Virus record (IMG/VR): IMGVR_UViG_3300009163_002034
Location: 1 to 56,346 of that record
DNA: 56,346 nucleotides
Reading direction: 5' to 3' (one strand)
Source of the DNA: a virus
Taxonomy: Duplodnaviria > Caudoviricetes
Shown piece after piece: positions 40,802-49,591 of this stretch. Position 1 is the stretch's first letter. Every line of letters starts with the position of its first letter. Both the position numbers and the translations under genes were made by a program. A model generated the notes under the pieces. It did no database searches and was not told the DNA's origin. It saw only the letters and a list, made by a program, of their open reading frames with translations.

Positions 40802-41629
40802 TCTATTGTTTTTCACCCAATTTCCAAAATGCACACTATGATCCTCATATCTATTCATTGCGGTAGATAACGGGAAATAATTTCCTTTTTGCATTTCAGC
40901 AGCCTTAATATCTTCATGAAACACTGGTTCGAGTGTTTCAAATATCATCTTGCTGTTGATATCAACCTTATCATCGTAATAAATTTGCGTCATCCATGAA
41001 AATCCATATTCATTATTGATATCGTTAGGAATCACTGTATTAATTGATAATTTGCCAGGGCTTCCATACTCAACAAAGGTAAATGGATATATACAACACC
41101 ACCATCCATCTGGATGTGATTGTAGTACCCAGTTCTCACCCTGATCCATTATAACGTCCTCAAGATCAATCTGTTTGGACAAGAATGGGTGTATGCCTTC
41201 TTTGAATACATGTAACAAGTCTGTGTTTACATCCATAAACCAAAGCCAGCTACCATTGCTAGTTCCATAGTATGAATGACTGTATTTTAAATTCTGTTCA
41301 GCGGCCAAATCATCTACCCAGTGATGATCAGGTTCGTTAAAGTTTTTAAATACTAACCCAGACTTTCCAACGGTTGCACTTCCGCAATTTAGTGATTTGT
41401 CATTGTTAATAGGGATACCGTTGGTTGACCATTCTAGTCCATGAAACTTGCATGTAATCTGTTGAACATGATCACCTGTGTTGTGTAGTGGATATCGGCG
41501 ATGCGGACAAAACCGATGAAATAGATTTATGCCATCAACCGACTTGTTTAGTATAACTTCCGGAAGAACAAAGTTACCTTTTTCCACAGATGAAATATGT
41601 GAAAATATTTTGGGTATAGGTTTAAACAT
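40793..41629 (-). CDS. Rieske [2Fe-2S] oxygenase alpha-like protein
   Basis: CPHR..CKFHG Rieske motif, DLLHV..HP, EDI..AE; TAAATA 4 nt before the ATG. Confidence 0.8.
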   Translation of the reverse strand: MFKPIPKIFSHISSVEKGNFVLPEVILNKSVDGINLFHRFCPHRRYPLHNTGDHVQQITCKFHGLEWSTNGIPINNDKSLNCGSATVGKSGLVFKNFNEPDHHWVDDLAAEQNLKYSHSYYGTSNGSWLWFMDVNTDLLHVFKEGIHPFLSKQIDLEDVIMDQGENWVLQSHPDGWWCCIYPFTFVEYGSPGKLSINTVIPNDINNEYGFSWMTQIYYDDKVDINSKMIFETLEPVFHEDIKAAEMQKGNYFPLSTAMNRYEDHSVHFGNWVKNNRLK

Positions 41630-41673
41630 TAAATATTTATAATATAATTTCAAGGTATCAATAAAATACAAAT

Positions 41674-42852
41674 ATGAGTCTAAACGGTTATTATGTCGTT
41701 AATGAGGTGTCAATTAAAAATAAACTACAAGCCATACTTGAGGCTAGTAGAACTAAGACTACGGTTCAATGGAATTTCTTTGATGATATTTTTGCCAATG
41801 CAACGAAGTCATTTAACAAACATGAAGTACCCTTAAAGGAACTGTATAGAATTAGAGCACAACAGCTAAGAGACTCATACGATTATTTAATTCTCAATTA
41901 CAGTGGTGGCAGTGATAGTCATAATATCTTGATGACTTTTCTAGAGTATGATATTAAACTAGACCATGTATACATTCAGTGGCCTGAGCAATTAATGAAC
42001 AAAGGCATCTATACTCCTAATGCATTGGATAGAACAAATGCAAACTTTCATTCGGAATGGGATCTAGTAATAAAAAAGGACCTGGAGTGGTTAAGTAAAA
42101 ATCATCCTGAAATTAAAATTGAAATAGGCGACTGGACTACAACTGTTAAAGAACAATTTTATAAAGATGACATATTTGCCAATGATGTTAGTAATTTACC
42201 AAGCATTGCAAGAGCACAAAAACAAAACACCTTTAGTACAACAGAAGGCATACTGGCACTACAAGGTAACAAGGTAGCAAGTATATTTGGTGTAGATAAA
42301 CCCAACATCGTTAAAAAAGGCAACACCTGGTTTTTTTATTTTACTGATACTTCATGTATGGCTCAACCTAATCCAGATAATCCAAGCGGCACTGAATATT
42401 TTTACTGGAGTCCTAGCTTTCCAGATATAGCAATAGCACAGGCATATGCCATGAAAAAATATTTTGAAATAAATACAAGTAAAGAATACCTAGTACGAGC
42501 TTTATCAGAAAGGATGGTGCCTTCAACATCGCAACAGACGGCCTATACTACTAAAAATTATGAAAATTGGTATCATGAGTTTTCTCAACTTTCAGAGATA
42601 TCAAAATTAGTGTGTTACCCATACTGGGATTTTAACCGTTTTCAAGCAGACAAGCCATTTGCAATCCTGACTGGATTTAAAATGGGAACACGAGGATGGG
42701 ATAATATACTTACCAAATTACCCAAATTTGATAGAGTTCAACAGGCATGGGAGTATCATTGGAAGAGTTATTTGAACAAAATAGATATGAAATTTCTAAG
42801 AAATAATGACACGTTGACCGTTTGTAAAACCAACTGGCATATGCTTGCATAA
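41674..42852 (+). CDS. N-type ATP pyrophosphatase (PP-loop), long type
   Basis: RAQQLRDSYDYLILNYSGGSDS, GVDKP, FYWSP. Confidence 0.75.
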   Translation: MSLNGYYVVNEVSIKNKLQAILEASRTKTTVQWNFFDDIFANATKSFNKHEVPLKELYRIRAQQLRDSYDYLILNYSGGSDSHNILMTFLEYDIKLDHVYIQWPEQLMNKGIYTPNALDRTNANFHSEWDLVIKKDLEWLSKNHPEIKIEIGDWTTTVKEQFYKDDIFANDVSNLPSIARAQKQNTFSTTEGILALQGNKVASIFGVDKPNIVKKGNTWFFYFTDTSCMAQPNPDNPSGTEYFYWSPSFPDIAIAQAYAMKKYFEINTSKEYLVRALSERMVPSTSQQTAYTTKNYENWYHEFSQLSEISKLVCYPYWDFNRFQADKPFAILTGFKMGTRGWDNILTKLPKFDRVQQAWEYHWKSYLNKIDMKFLRNNDTLTVCKTNWHMLA

Positions 42853-42869
42853 TACGTAGAATATAAATC

Positions 42870-43184
42870 ATGTTTACATTAATTAAAAAATATATACGAG
42901 AAGATGTTACTATTCCATTTTTTGGAGAGCACGAACCATATCCAAAAGAATACTTGATGCAAATTAATGATAGATACATTAAAACCAGCAAGATATTAAA
43001 AAGTACAACAGAGTTTTCGGATGATAAAAAAATACAGACTACAACAATATTATGGAAAACGTCAGATGCTTTTTTAGACTTTGTGGTAGACAGTTCTTAT
43101 CATATAGCTACCTACATGAGAAAACAACACATTTATAATTTAAAAAATAATATCAGAACAGAAACCAACTGTATAGGAAAATAA
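42870..43184 (+). CDS. Small hypothetical protein, paralogue of 44379
   Basis: KKxxRxxVxxP(F/W) start and xWxTxxAF motif; dimeric alpha-beta barrel suspected. Confidence 0.6.
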   Translation: MFTLIKKYIREDVTIPFFGEHEPYPKEYLMQINDRYIKTSKILKSTTEFSDDKKIQTTTILWKTSDAFLDFVVDSSYHIATYMRKQHIYNLKNNIRTETNCIGK

Positions 43185-43185
43185 C

Positions 43186-44322
43186 ATGGAATATTTTAAC
43201 CCACATTCAAATGAGTGGTTATTAAACAAATTTGAAAGTTATAAAAAATTACGAGAATTAGACAAAGCACAATATGATGAAAAATACAATGTACATTTAA
43301 TAACAAGATACAAAGATGTTAGACTTGCGCTATCAGACCACAGCATATTTTCGTCTGCTAAAGGAAATCTAATAGTAGAAAATGAAGATCGTTTTGAAAT
43401 GACTCCGGGGGCAAGCGATGACCCTATACATACAATTTATAAAAATATTGCTTTTGCTGCGTACAGTAAGGACAATATACAAAGAATAAGTGATTGTACA
43501 AACGAGCACATCAAACGCCTACTCAAAAAAGGAACATTTAATATATCAGAAGTTATAGAAGAAATAAGTGCATGGGCGACCGTAGAAATAATGAATCTTC
43601 CATATGATAAAGAATATGTTAAAAACTTGGTCATGGATATTCAGCGTCATTCTCCCAAATGTGTCTCAGTGAATGTTGATGACAGATCCCATAATGAACT
43701 GATTAAGTTACTAATCTCATTAACTACTATAGATTGTACTAAGTCTACAGGACCAGGGATATATCATGAATACATGAACAACAACCCAACTGGCGCAACT
43801 GTACTTTCTTTATTCGCAGGCCCTTGTATTTCCGGTGCAAGTTCATTGACAGGCGCACTACAATTTTTAACTTTGGATTTAGCCAGAGAAAATCAATTAA
43901 AGGTCTTGTTAGAAAATAAAAGTTTAATTCCGTTAGCAATAAATGAGTCATTACGATTTAACGCATCGACTGGGCGGTTTAGTAGAACTGTCACCAAAGA
44001 TGTGACTTTACATAATATTAGTTTAAAACCGGGAGATAGAGTAGCATTGTGTTTAGAATCAGCTAACAGAGACTCAAATATATTTGATAATCCGGATGTA
44101 TTTGATATACATAGAAATACTAGTGGTCATTTGGGATTTGGTTACGGCGCACACGCATGTATTGCGCTTGCGATTAGTAAGGCAATAATGAACATTTATT
44201 TGGATACGTTATTAGATAACGGAATGTATCAAATAATTACTGAAAATACTGATTTGAAATATGTGATGACCGCTAGTGGAAATGATGACATGATATCCAA
44301 TATCATTATAGAGAGCATATAA
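43186..44322 (+). CDS. Cytochrome P450
   Basis: ESLR (ExxR), SANRD, HLGFGYGAHACIA heme-Cys motif. Confidence 0.92.
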   Translation: MEYFNPHSNEWLLNKFESYKKLRELDKAQYDEKYNVHLITRYKDVRLALSDHSIFSSAKGNLIVENEDRFEMTPGASDDPIHTIYKNIAFAAYSKDNIQRISDCTNEHIKRLLKKGTFNISEVIEEISAWATVEIMNLPYDKEYVKNLVMDIQRHSPKCVSVNVDDRSHNELIKLLISLTTIDCTKSTGPGIYHEYMNNNPTGATVLSLFAGPCISGASSLTGALQFLTLDLARENQLKVLLENKSLIPLAINESLRFNASTGRFSRTVTKDVTLHNISLKPGDRVALCLESANRDSNIFDNPDVFDIHRNTSGHLGFGYGAHACIALAISKAIMNIYLDTLLDNGMYQIITENTDLKYVMTASGNDDMISNIIIESI

Positions 44323-44378
44323 TTTTAAACAAATTGAATTTCCTTAGATAAATACATCTGTATCATACAGGAGAATAT

Positions 44379-44690
44379 ATGTATCAAATAATAAAAAAAT
44401 TAGTAAGACCGGGCGTAGACACACCATGGCCTGATACTCTAGTAACTATGGATCCACAGCTTATAGAACATTTCAAAACAAATCACATAGAAACCGGTAA
44501 ACATATTTTTCGAAACACCGACGATCATAAAAACGGATTAGAACGTACATTGACTGTTTTGTGGGAAACTAAAGAAGCATGGGAAGAGTTTGAAGCAGAT
44601 CCATTAATGACGGAAATGCGTAATCATGTTTCACAACTATTTAAAGATGCAGGGATAACGGAAGAAATTGTAAGTTTCTCCGAAATTTAA
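44379..44690 (+). CDS. Small hypothetical protein, paralogue of 42870
   Basis: AGGAG RBS; LWETKEAWEEF. Confidence 0.65.
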   Translation: MYQIIKKLVRPGVDTPWPDTLVTMDPQLIEHFKTNHIETGKHIFRNTDDHKNGLERTLTVLWETKEAWEEFEADPLMTEMRNHVSQLFKDAGITEEIVSFSEI

Positions 44691-44694
44691 TTTA

Positions 44695-45630
44695 GTGCCC
44701 TCTATATTTGACTTACCTCATCTTTTTATTGTATTCGCCCCCGGCGCCGGGGGCAACTTTTTGTCAGGAATATTCGCCGGCCTAATTAATAAAGAATATT
44801 CTGATTTAGCAATATCAGAATCAGGAAGCTCACACACAACAATCTCTAAAAAATTTGATGTAAATAGTGATCTTTCTATGGGAACATTTATTGACGATAC
44901 ATCAAGTATCGATAAAAAAATAAAACACTATAGAGAATTGTTTAGCGATTTGATAATAAATCATCCAATAGTATCTTGGACACATGATTTTAACAATATC
45001 GAACTATATCGCAATATTTTCCCTAATTCAAAAATAATTGTAGTAACACAGTACACTGACGCTGAACAGTTAGCAGTCACGTTCATGCATGTGATTAAAA
45101 ATCTAATGGATAATGATGTATCCACTGCAATACCAATTAGTCAATTTAAATCTATACAAAAAATCTTCAAAGAAGATTGCATAAATGTGCTTAGAAAAAA
45201 AATGAGCGAAACTCATATTAATTTAATATTCTCTGACCCCAAATATAAAAATATCGTAACATATATCTACTTAAAAAGAATGATGGGGTGGTATGGGTTA
45301 CTCCACTTAGTAGAAGATGTACCTAAACAACATTTTTTGGAGATTATTAAATATGGTACAAGCAATAAACCTTACGAAATTGACAAATATTTAAATAGTG
45401 ATTGTGTTTTACTACCATATTCGTCTATTATGTCAGGAGATGTTCATGTATTATTGAAAGTAATAAAAAATGTGTTATCCAGAGAATTGACCAACACTGA
45501 AAAAATATTTGTAAATGACAACTATTATAAATATAGAGCTAAACAAAATTTAGATATTTTAACAAATTCAAAAATGTATTATAAAAATCTTAGAAATTTA
45601 AATGTAGAAAGAAACATAAATGATAACTGA
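44695..45630 (+). CDS. P-loop/sulfotransferase-like protein
   Basis: FAPGAGGNFL; GTG start. Confidence 0.5.
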   Translation: MPSIFDLPHLFIVFAPGAGGNFLSGIFAGLINKEYSDLAISESGSSHTTISKKFDVNSDLSMGTFIDDTSSIDKKIKHYRELFSDLIINHPIVSWTHDFNNIELYRNIFPNSKIIVVTQYTDAEQLAVTFMHVIKNLMDNDVSTAIPISQFKSIQKIFKEDCINVLRKKMSETHINLIFSDPKYKNIVTYIYLKRMMGWYGLLHLVEDVPKQHFLEIIKYGTSNKPYEIDKYLNSDCVLLPYSSIMSGDVHVLLKVIKNVLSRELTNTEKIFVNDNYYKYRAKQNLDILTNSKMYYKNLRNLNVERNINDN

Positions 45631-46867
45631 TTTGGGTTTTTATAGTGTACGTGGGAAAAGTTTTTCTACAAACAAAGTCATGGCTGTTCTTGAGGCACAA
45701 AAAACAAACGCTGAAGTAGAATGGAATTATTTTGATGATGTATTCAATAAAGCAGATTGGTTAACTGAACCTGAAATTTCATTAGAAGAATTATACCGAA
45801 TTCGAGCGCAACAAATTCGTGATGCGTATGATTATGTTGTTATATATGTCAGTGGGGGCGCTGATAGTTCAAATGTTGTTAGGACTTTTATAAATAATAA
45901 TATTCATATAGATGAAGTAATTACAGAAATACCGGAATCTGGTATTAAAAATTTTGATTGGAACGATAAAGATTTTACCGCAAGTAATTTAATGTCCGAA
46001 GCAAAGTATGCACAATATCCTATACTTCATGAAATTTCTATCAATTCTCCGTCGACACGTATAACTGTTCACGACTTTTTTACCGGTGTTGTTAATGTGG
46101 AATCAGACGAATGGATATATCAAAATGAGGGAGACATTATTAGCATGTCAAACTATCAGTATGGGCGCATGGACCCCTTCCCTCATTTAAAAGACTTAGC
46201 AGAACAAGGTAAAAAAATTGCATCTGTATGGGGTACTGATAAACCAGTACTGGCCGTTTGGGGTGATGGATACATTTATACATTGATTGCTGACTCCGCA
46301 GTGTATGTGCCTAAATATCCCTTCAAGACAGTATATCCTAATGTAAATAGAGTATTATTTTATTGGTCCCCTGAATTACCAGAACTAATGATTAAGCAGT
46401 CGCATATTGTCGCCCGAGAAATTCTTAAACCTGAAAATAAATTTATTTTACGGGCTGCTATAGATCAAGGAAAGCGTAGTAAGGAAGTGAGCCTACTAGG
46501 AGTTGATGATACATTAAAGAATATTTTTAATTCTGCGGCCGATACAAATGTATCTTACTCACCTAAAACAATATATCAACGAAGCATAGTTCCTTTTATA
46601 TATCCAAACACATTTAGAGAAGACGTATTTCAGGTACTCAAGTTTGAACAATCGCAAACCTTCTGTCCGGCTATTAATAATTGGATGAAATCATTACATG
46701 GAAATAGTCGCATAGGAGAAATGATTATTAGTGATTTTTCCTTGTTTTATAAAAACATATTACCCAAGTATTTAAATCCAAATAAAACAGGATTTAATAT
46801 GTGTCTAAAAAGGTTCCGTATTGGATCTATAAAAAGTTTTTTACCAAAATCAAATAACAACTTATGA
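45620..46867 (+). CDS. N-type ATP pyrophosphatase (PP-loop), long type
   Basis: RAQQIRDAYDYVVIYVSGGADS, GTDKP, FYWSP; paralogue of 41674. Confidence 0.75.
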   Translation: MITDLGFYSVRGKSFSTNKVMAVLEAQKTNAEVEWNYFDDVFNKADWLTEPEISLEELYRIRAQQIRDAYDYVVIYVSGGADSSNVVRTFINNNIHIDEVITEIPESGIKNFDWNDKDFTASNLMSEAKYAQYPILHEISINSPSTRITVHDFFTGVVNVESDEWIYQNEGDIISMSNYQYGRMDPFPHLKDLAEQGKKIASVWGTDKPVLAVWGDGYIYTLIADSAVYVPKYPFKTVYPNVNRVLFYWSPELPELMIKQSHIVAREILKPENKFILRAAIDQGKRSKEVSLLGVDDTLKNIFNSAADTNVSYSPKTIYQRSIVPFIYPNTFREDVFQVLKFEQSQTFCPAINNWMKSLHGNSRIGEMIISDFSLFYKNILPKYLNPNKTGFNMCLKRFRIGSIKSFLPKSNNNL

Positions 46868-47808
46868 AAAAAAATATAATTTCAATATTATTACTACTAT
46901 GTATTAGTTCTGCATGGTCAGATACAATCAAATTAATCGTGCCGTTTGCTGCCGCAGGCCCCATTACAGATATTGCGAGAGCGATTGCTCCTACATTATC
47001 TAAAAAATTAGATAAAACTATAATAATAGAAAATAAGCCAGGGGCAAGTGGCGCAATTGCAATGGAATTGGTATCTAATTCCCCATCAGATGGGCTAACT
47101 TTAATTATGGTTAATAATGGACTACTAAACATAAATCCAATGTTGAATACTGCTACTAGCTATAAGTCATCCGATGTAGTATCCGTAGGAGTATTTGCAA
47201 CTGCACCAATCATATTGTATACTAGTTCTTCTATCCCTGTCAAAAACTTAAAAGAACTAATAGATTACATAAAGAGTAATCCTGGAAAGGCAAGCTGGGC
47301 TAGTCCGGGTTTAGGAACTAATCCACATTTACTTGGGGAAATGCTTAAAGCGCAACATGATTTAGACATGGTGCATGTTATGTATAAAGGTACATTACCT
47401 GCAACCATAGATGTGGCCGAGGGTAGAGTCACTATGATGTTTGATATTCTAAATCCAAGAATGACATCATTGTTTGATGCAGGAAAAACGAAGCCTATTG
47501 CAGTAATGGGAACTGAGCGAATACCATCACTACCTAATGTTCCAACTGTCGTAGAAGAAGGCTACTTTTTCTTAATTACTCAATCTTGGGTTGGTATATC
47601 TGTTAAATCTGATACTCCCGAACCTATTTTAAAACAGTTAAGAACTGTACTGACAGAAACTGTAGAAGATCCAGAGACAAAAGCTAACTTAAAATTTTTA
47701 GGACTGAATCCGTCAAATATAAAACCAGCGGCCGCACAAAAATTCATAGATGATGAAAAGAACAAGTGGACAAAGGTAATTAAAAAAGCAAACATTAAGA
47801 TAGAATAA
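46864..47808 (+). CDS. tctC: Tripartite tricarboxylate transporter substrate-binding protein (Bug/TctC family)
   Basis: Signal peptide; IVPFAAAGPITDIAR, ENKPGASG, YKG, LPNVPTVVEEG. Confidence 0.9.
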   Translation: MKKNIISILLLLCISSAWSDTIKLIVPFAAAGPITDIARAIAPTLSKKLDKTIIIENKPGASGAIAMELVSNSPSDGLTLIMVNNGLLNINPMLNTATSYKSSDVVSVGVFATAPIILYTSSSIPVKNLKELIDYIKSNPGKASWASPGLGTNPHLLGEMLKAQHDLDMVHVMYKGTLPATIDVAEGRVTMMFDILNPRMTSLFDAGKTKPIAVMGTERIPSLPNVPTVVEEGYFFLITQSWVGISVKSDTPEPILKQLRTVLTETVEDPETKANLKFLGLNPSNIKPAAAQKFIDDEKNKWTKVIKKANIKIE

Positions 47809-47870
47809 AATGAAGAAGTATTAACTTAGTGTTACATATAACACTATGGGTAAACTGTTGAAAAAAGTAG

Positions 47871-47899
47871 TTGACATCAATTCCTAGCTATGCTACACT
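47871..47899 (+). promoter_or_regulatory. Sigma70-type early promoter
   Basis: TTGACA-N17-TACACT with TG extension. Confidence 0.7.
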
Positions 47900-47966
47900 T
47901 CAGCATGAGTTGAGAAATCAACACAAAAGAATTTTTGAGTTATGGGCAGATAGATGAAAAAAGAGG

Positions 47967-47995
47967 TTGACACTAATTCAACTATCTGCTATAAT
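47967..47995 (+). promoter_or_regulatory. Sigma70-type early promoter
   Basis: TTGACA-N17-TATAAT with TG extension. Confidence 0.8.
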
Positions 47996-48071
47996 TCAGA
48001 CATGAATTGCAAAAAGCACAAAAAACAGTGCTTAATTGCAGTAATTTTTAACCAGGACTAAATAAAACACT

Positions 48072-48239
48072 ATGATGAAAAATATCAATCAATCGCTGAA
48101 ACATACGAGCTTGTGGGCAATAGCACCAGAATGTTCCGTGTTAGCTGCCTTTGAGGGAAATTATTCAACACCGACAAGTATTCGCGGCAATAACGATCAG
48201 ATGCTCCAGGGGTTCATAGGACGAGGAAGTTACAACTAA
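48072..48239 (+). CDS. Putative attenuator leader peptide, 55 aa
   Basis: MMKNINQSLKHTSLWAIAPECSVLAAFEGNYSTPTSIRGNNDQMLQGFIGRGSYN; TAAATA 7 nt upstream; overlaps the antiterminator strand. Confidence 0.6.
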   Translation: MMKNINQSLKHTSLWAIAPECSVLAAFEGNYSTPTSIRGNNDQMLQGFIGRGSYN

Positions 48240-48272
48240 AGTAACACTCAACAAGTTTTATGAAACCCCTGG
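48206..48272 (+). promoter_or_regulatory. Antiterminator helix
   Basis: CCAGGGGTT-CATAGGAC (48206-22) pairs with GTTTTATG-A-AACCCCTGG (48255-72). Confidence 0.7.
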
Positions 48273-48300
48273 GATTGAAAAGTCTCAGGGGTTTTTGTTT
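48263..48300 (+). terminator. Rho-independent terminator
   Basis: AAACCCCTGGGATT-GAAA-AGTCTCAGGGGTTT stem followed by TTGTTT. Confidence 0.88.
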
Positions 48301-48328
48301 ATGTGTTGCTTAAAAGCAACAAAGGAAT

Positions 48329-48357
48329 TTGACAATAAATGGATAAAGAGATACAAT
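48329..48357 (+). promoter_or_regulatory. Sigma70-type promoter preceded by a TGTTGCT-N4-AGCAACA palindrome
   Basis: TTGACA-N17-TACAAT. Confidence 0.6.
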
Positions 48358-48485
48358 ACAAAACTTCTGAAACAAAGCGTGATTGGTTTAAAGATCATGT
48401 TCTGACAAAGGAGCAACTAGCACAGTTGATAGCTAACAAGTTACAACGTGCAAAGGTCTATCAGATCCTGTATAAGGTAAAATGA
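48339..48485 (+). CDS. Small basic hypothetical protein, 48 aa (absent from ORF track)
   Basis: AAAGGA upstream; MDKEIQYKTSETKRDWFKDHVLTKEQLAQLIANKLQRAKVYQILYKVK. Confidence 0.45.
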   Translation: MDKEIQYKTSETKRDWFKDHVLTKEQLAQLIANKLQRAKVYQILYKVK

Positions 48486-48489
48486 TAGA

Positions 48490-48792
48490 CAGCGTGAATA
48501 GGCAACGAGAGCCGTAATACAGCGCAAAATGTATAGAATGGGCGGACAGTATACATGAACGTGTGGCGATAACACATTAGTAAGACTACTGGGTAGGGTA
48601 TTGACCCTATCATGTCGTGTAGCAATACACGGCATTCTAAAACATACTAACGGGGTAACCCTGCAGTAGCTTTCTAGATAAGCAGGCTGCAAGTTTCTTG
48701 AAAAGTAGGTGGTATAACGGGGTCTAGTGTGTTTTAGAATGCTTACTACAGATGAACAACTCATATCCCTCTGACGGGTATGCTGTAGTGAC
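48490..48792 (+). ncRNA. Structured non-coding region (one or more ncRNAs)
   Basis: GC-richer stretch; hairpins TGTCGTGTA-GCAA-TACACGGCA, 18-bp stem 48632-49/48725-42, TACTACAG/CTGTAGTG. Confidence 0.5.
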
Positions 48793-48802
48793 AGATTTTT
48801 AT

Positions 48803-48897
48803 TCTCCGGTACTCTAATTGGTAAGAGACCTGACTGTTAATCAGACGTAAAGGCTGCAAAGCGTAATATGGAGGTTCGATGCCTCTCTGGGGAGCCA
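48803..48897 (+). tRNA. tRNA-Asn(GTT) with long variable region
   Basis: CCTGA-CTGTTAA-TCAGA anticodon arm, TTCGATG T-loop, GCCA end. Confidence 0.8.
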
Positions 48898-48903
48898 AAT
48901 TTA

Positions 48904-48978
48904 GGTGCGTTCATATAATGGTCATTATCTCGGATTGTCTATCCGAAGACGGGAGTTCGATTCTCCCACGCATCGCCA
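48904..48978 (+). tRNA. tRNA-Asp(GTC)
   Basis: TCGGA-TTGTCTA-TCCGA; GCCA end. Confidence 0.9.
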
Positions 48979-48987
48979 GTATTATGT

Positions 48988-49063
48988 TGGGGTATAGTGT
49001 AATGGCTTATCACAGCGGGCTTTGAACTCGCTAATCTTGGTTCGATTCCAAGTACCCCTACCA
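48988..49063 (+). tRNA. tRNA-Gln(TTG)
   Basis: GCGGG-CTTTGAA-CTCGC; ACCA end. Confidence 0.8.
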
Positions 49064-49070
49064 AAGTTAT

Positions 49071-49144
49071 CTGAGTGAAATGTTACGGTAGCATCCCTGT
49101 CCTGGACACAGGAAGCGGCAGTTCAACTCTGCCCACTCAGACCA
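49071..49144 (+). tRNA. tRNA-Pro(TGG)
   Basis: CCTGT-CCTGGAC-ACAGG (C33 instead of U33); ACCA end. Confidence 0.75.
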
Positions 49145-49148
49145 AATG

Positions 49149-49186
49149 TGTTTCTCATTGTGTACAATTGTATAGAATGAGAAACA
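49149..49186. repeat. Near-perfect 38-nt palindrome between tRNAs
   Basis: TGTTTCTCATT-G-TGTACA-AT-TGTATA-G-AATGAGAAACA. Confidence 0.75.
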
Positions 49187-49195
49187 AAAATCAAT

Positions 49196-49282
49196 GGAGT
49201 GTGTTCCCTGTTGTCGGCTGTAACCCGATAGGCACAATAAGCAGGGTGGCGCCAAGTAGTTCGATTCTATCACACTCCACCA
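49196..49282 (+). tRNA. Atypical tRNA-Tyr(GTA) lacking a canonical D arm
   Basis: GGAGTGT/ACACTCC acceptor, GTCGG-CTGTAAC-CCGAT, TTCGATT, ACCA. Confidence 0.65.
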
Positions 49283-49288
49283 GTATAT

Positions 49289-49363
49289 GGGGGCAGCAGC
49301 GGGCTGCGGTGATCCCTTGCAAGGATCATGACTAGAAGGGTTCAACTCCCTCGGCCTCCACCA
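49289..49363 (+). tRNA. tRNA-Ala(TGC), atypical D arm
   Basis: GATCC-CTTGCAA-GGATC; G3-U70 pair; ACCA. Confidence 0.75.
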
Positions 49364-49368
49364 AGTTT

Positions 49369-49424
49369 AGGATGCTAACAGCAAAGTTAAAAACTTTTCT
49401 TTTGGTGAAAACAAAACGCATCCT
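49369..49424 (+). ncRNA. Small ACAGCAA-motif stem-loop element
   Basis: AGGATGC/GCATCCT stem enclosing TAACAGCAAA and an inner hairpin TTTTC-N7-GAAAA. Confidence 0.5.
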
Positions 49425-49433
49425 GTTTTATAT

Positions 49434-49508
49434 GCTCTATTAGTTCACGTGGTAGAATAACGGTTTTGTAGTCCGTAGAAGGCAGTTCAAGTCTGTCATA
49501 GAGCACCA
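49434..49508 (+). tRNA. tRNA-Thr(TGT)
   Basis: ACGGT-TTTGTAG-TCCGT; ACCA. Confidence 0.8.
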
Positions 49509-49514
49509 ATTAAT

Positions 49515-49589
49515 ACTCCGGTCGTCTAGTGGCTAGGACGCCAGCCTTTCAAGTTGGAGAAGCGGGATCGAAACCCGTTCGGAGTACCA
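49515..49589 (+). tRNA. tRNA-Glu(TTC)
   Basis: CCAGC-CTTTCAA-GTTGG; ACCA. Confidence 0.88.
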
Positions 49590-49591
49590 AA

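Noticed and set aside
32647-46867. Lasso-peptide (RiPP) cluster based on AsnB-like enzymes
   Set aside because: No recognisable precursor peptide, B1/RRE or B2 protease within the island; kept only as a generic PP-loop call.
49289-49363. tmRNA
   Set aside because: Has Ala identity ends but is only 75 nt, with a complete TGC anticodon arm and no tag ORF.
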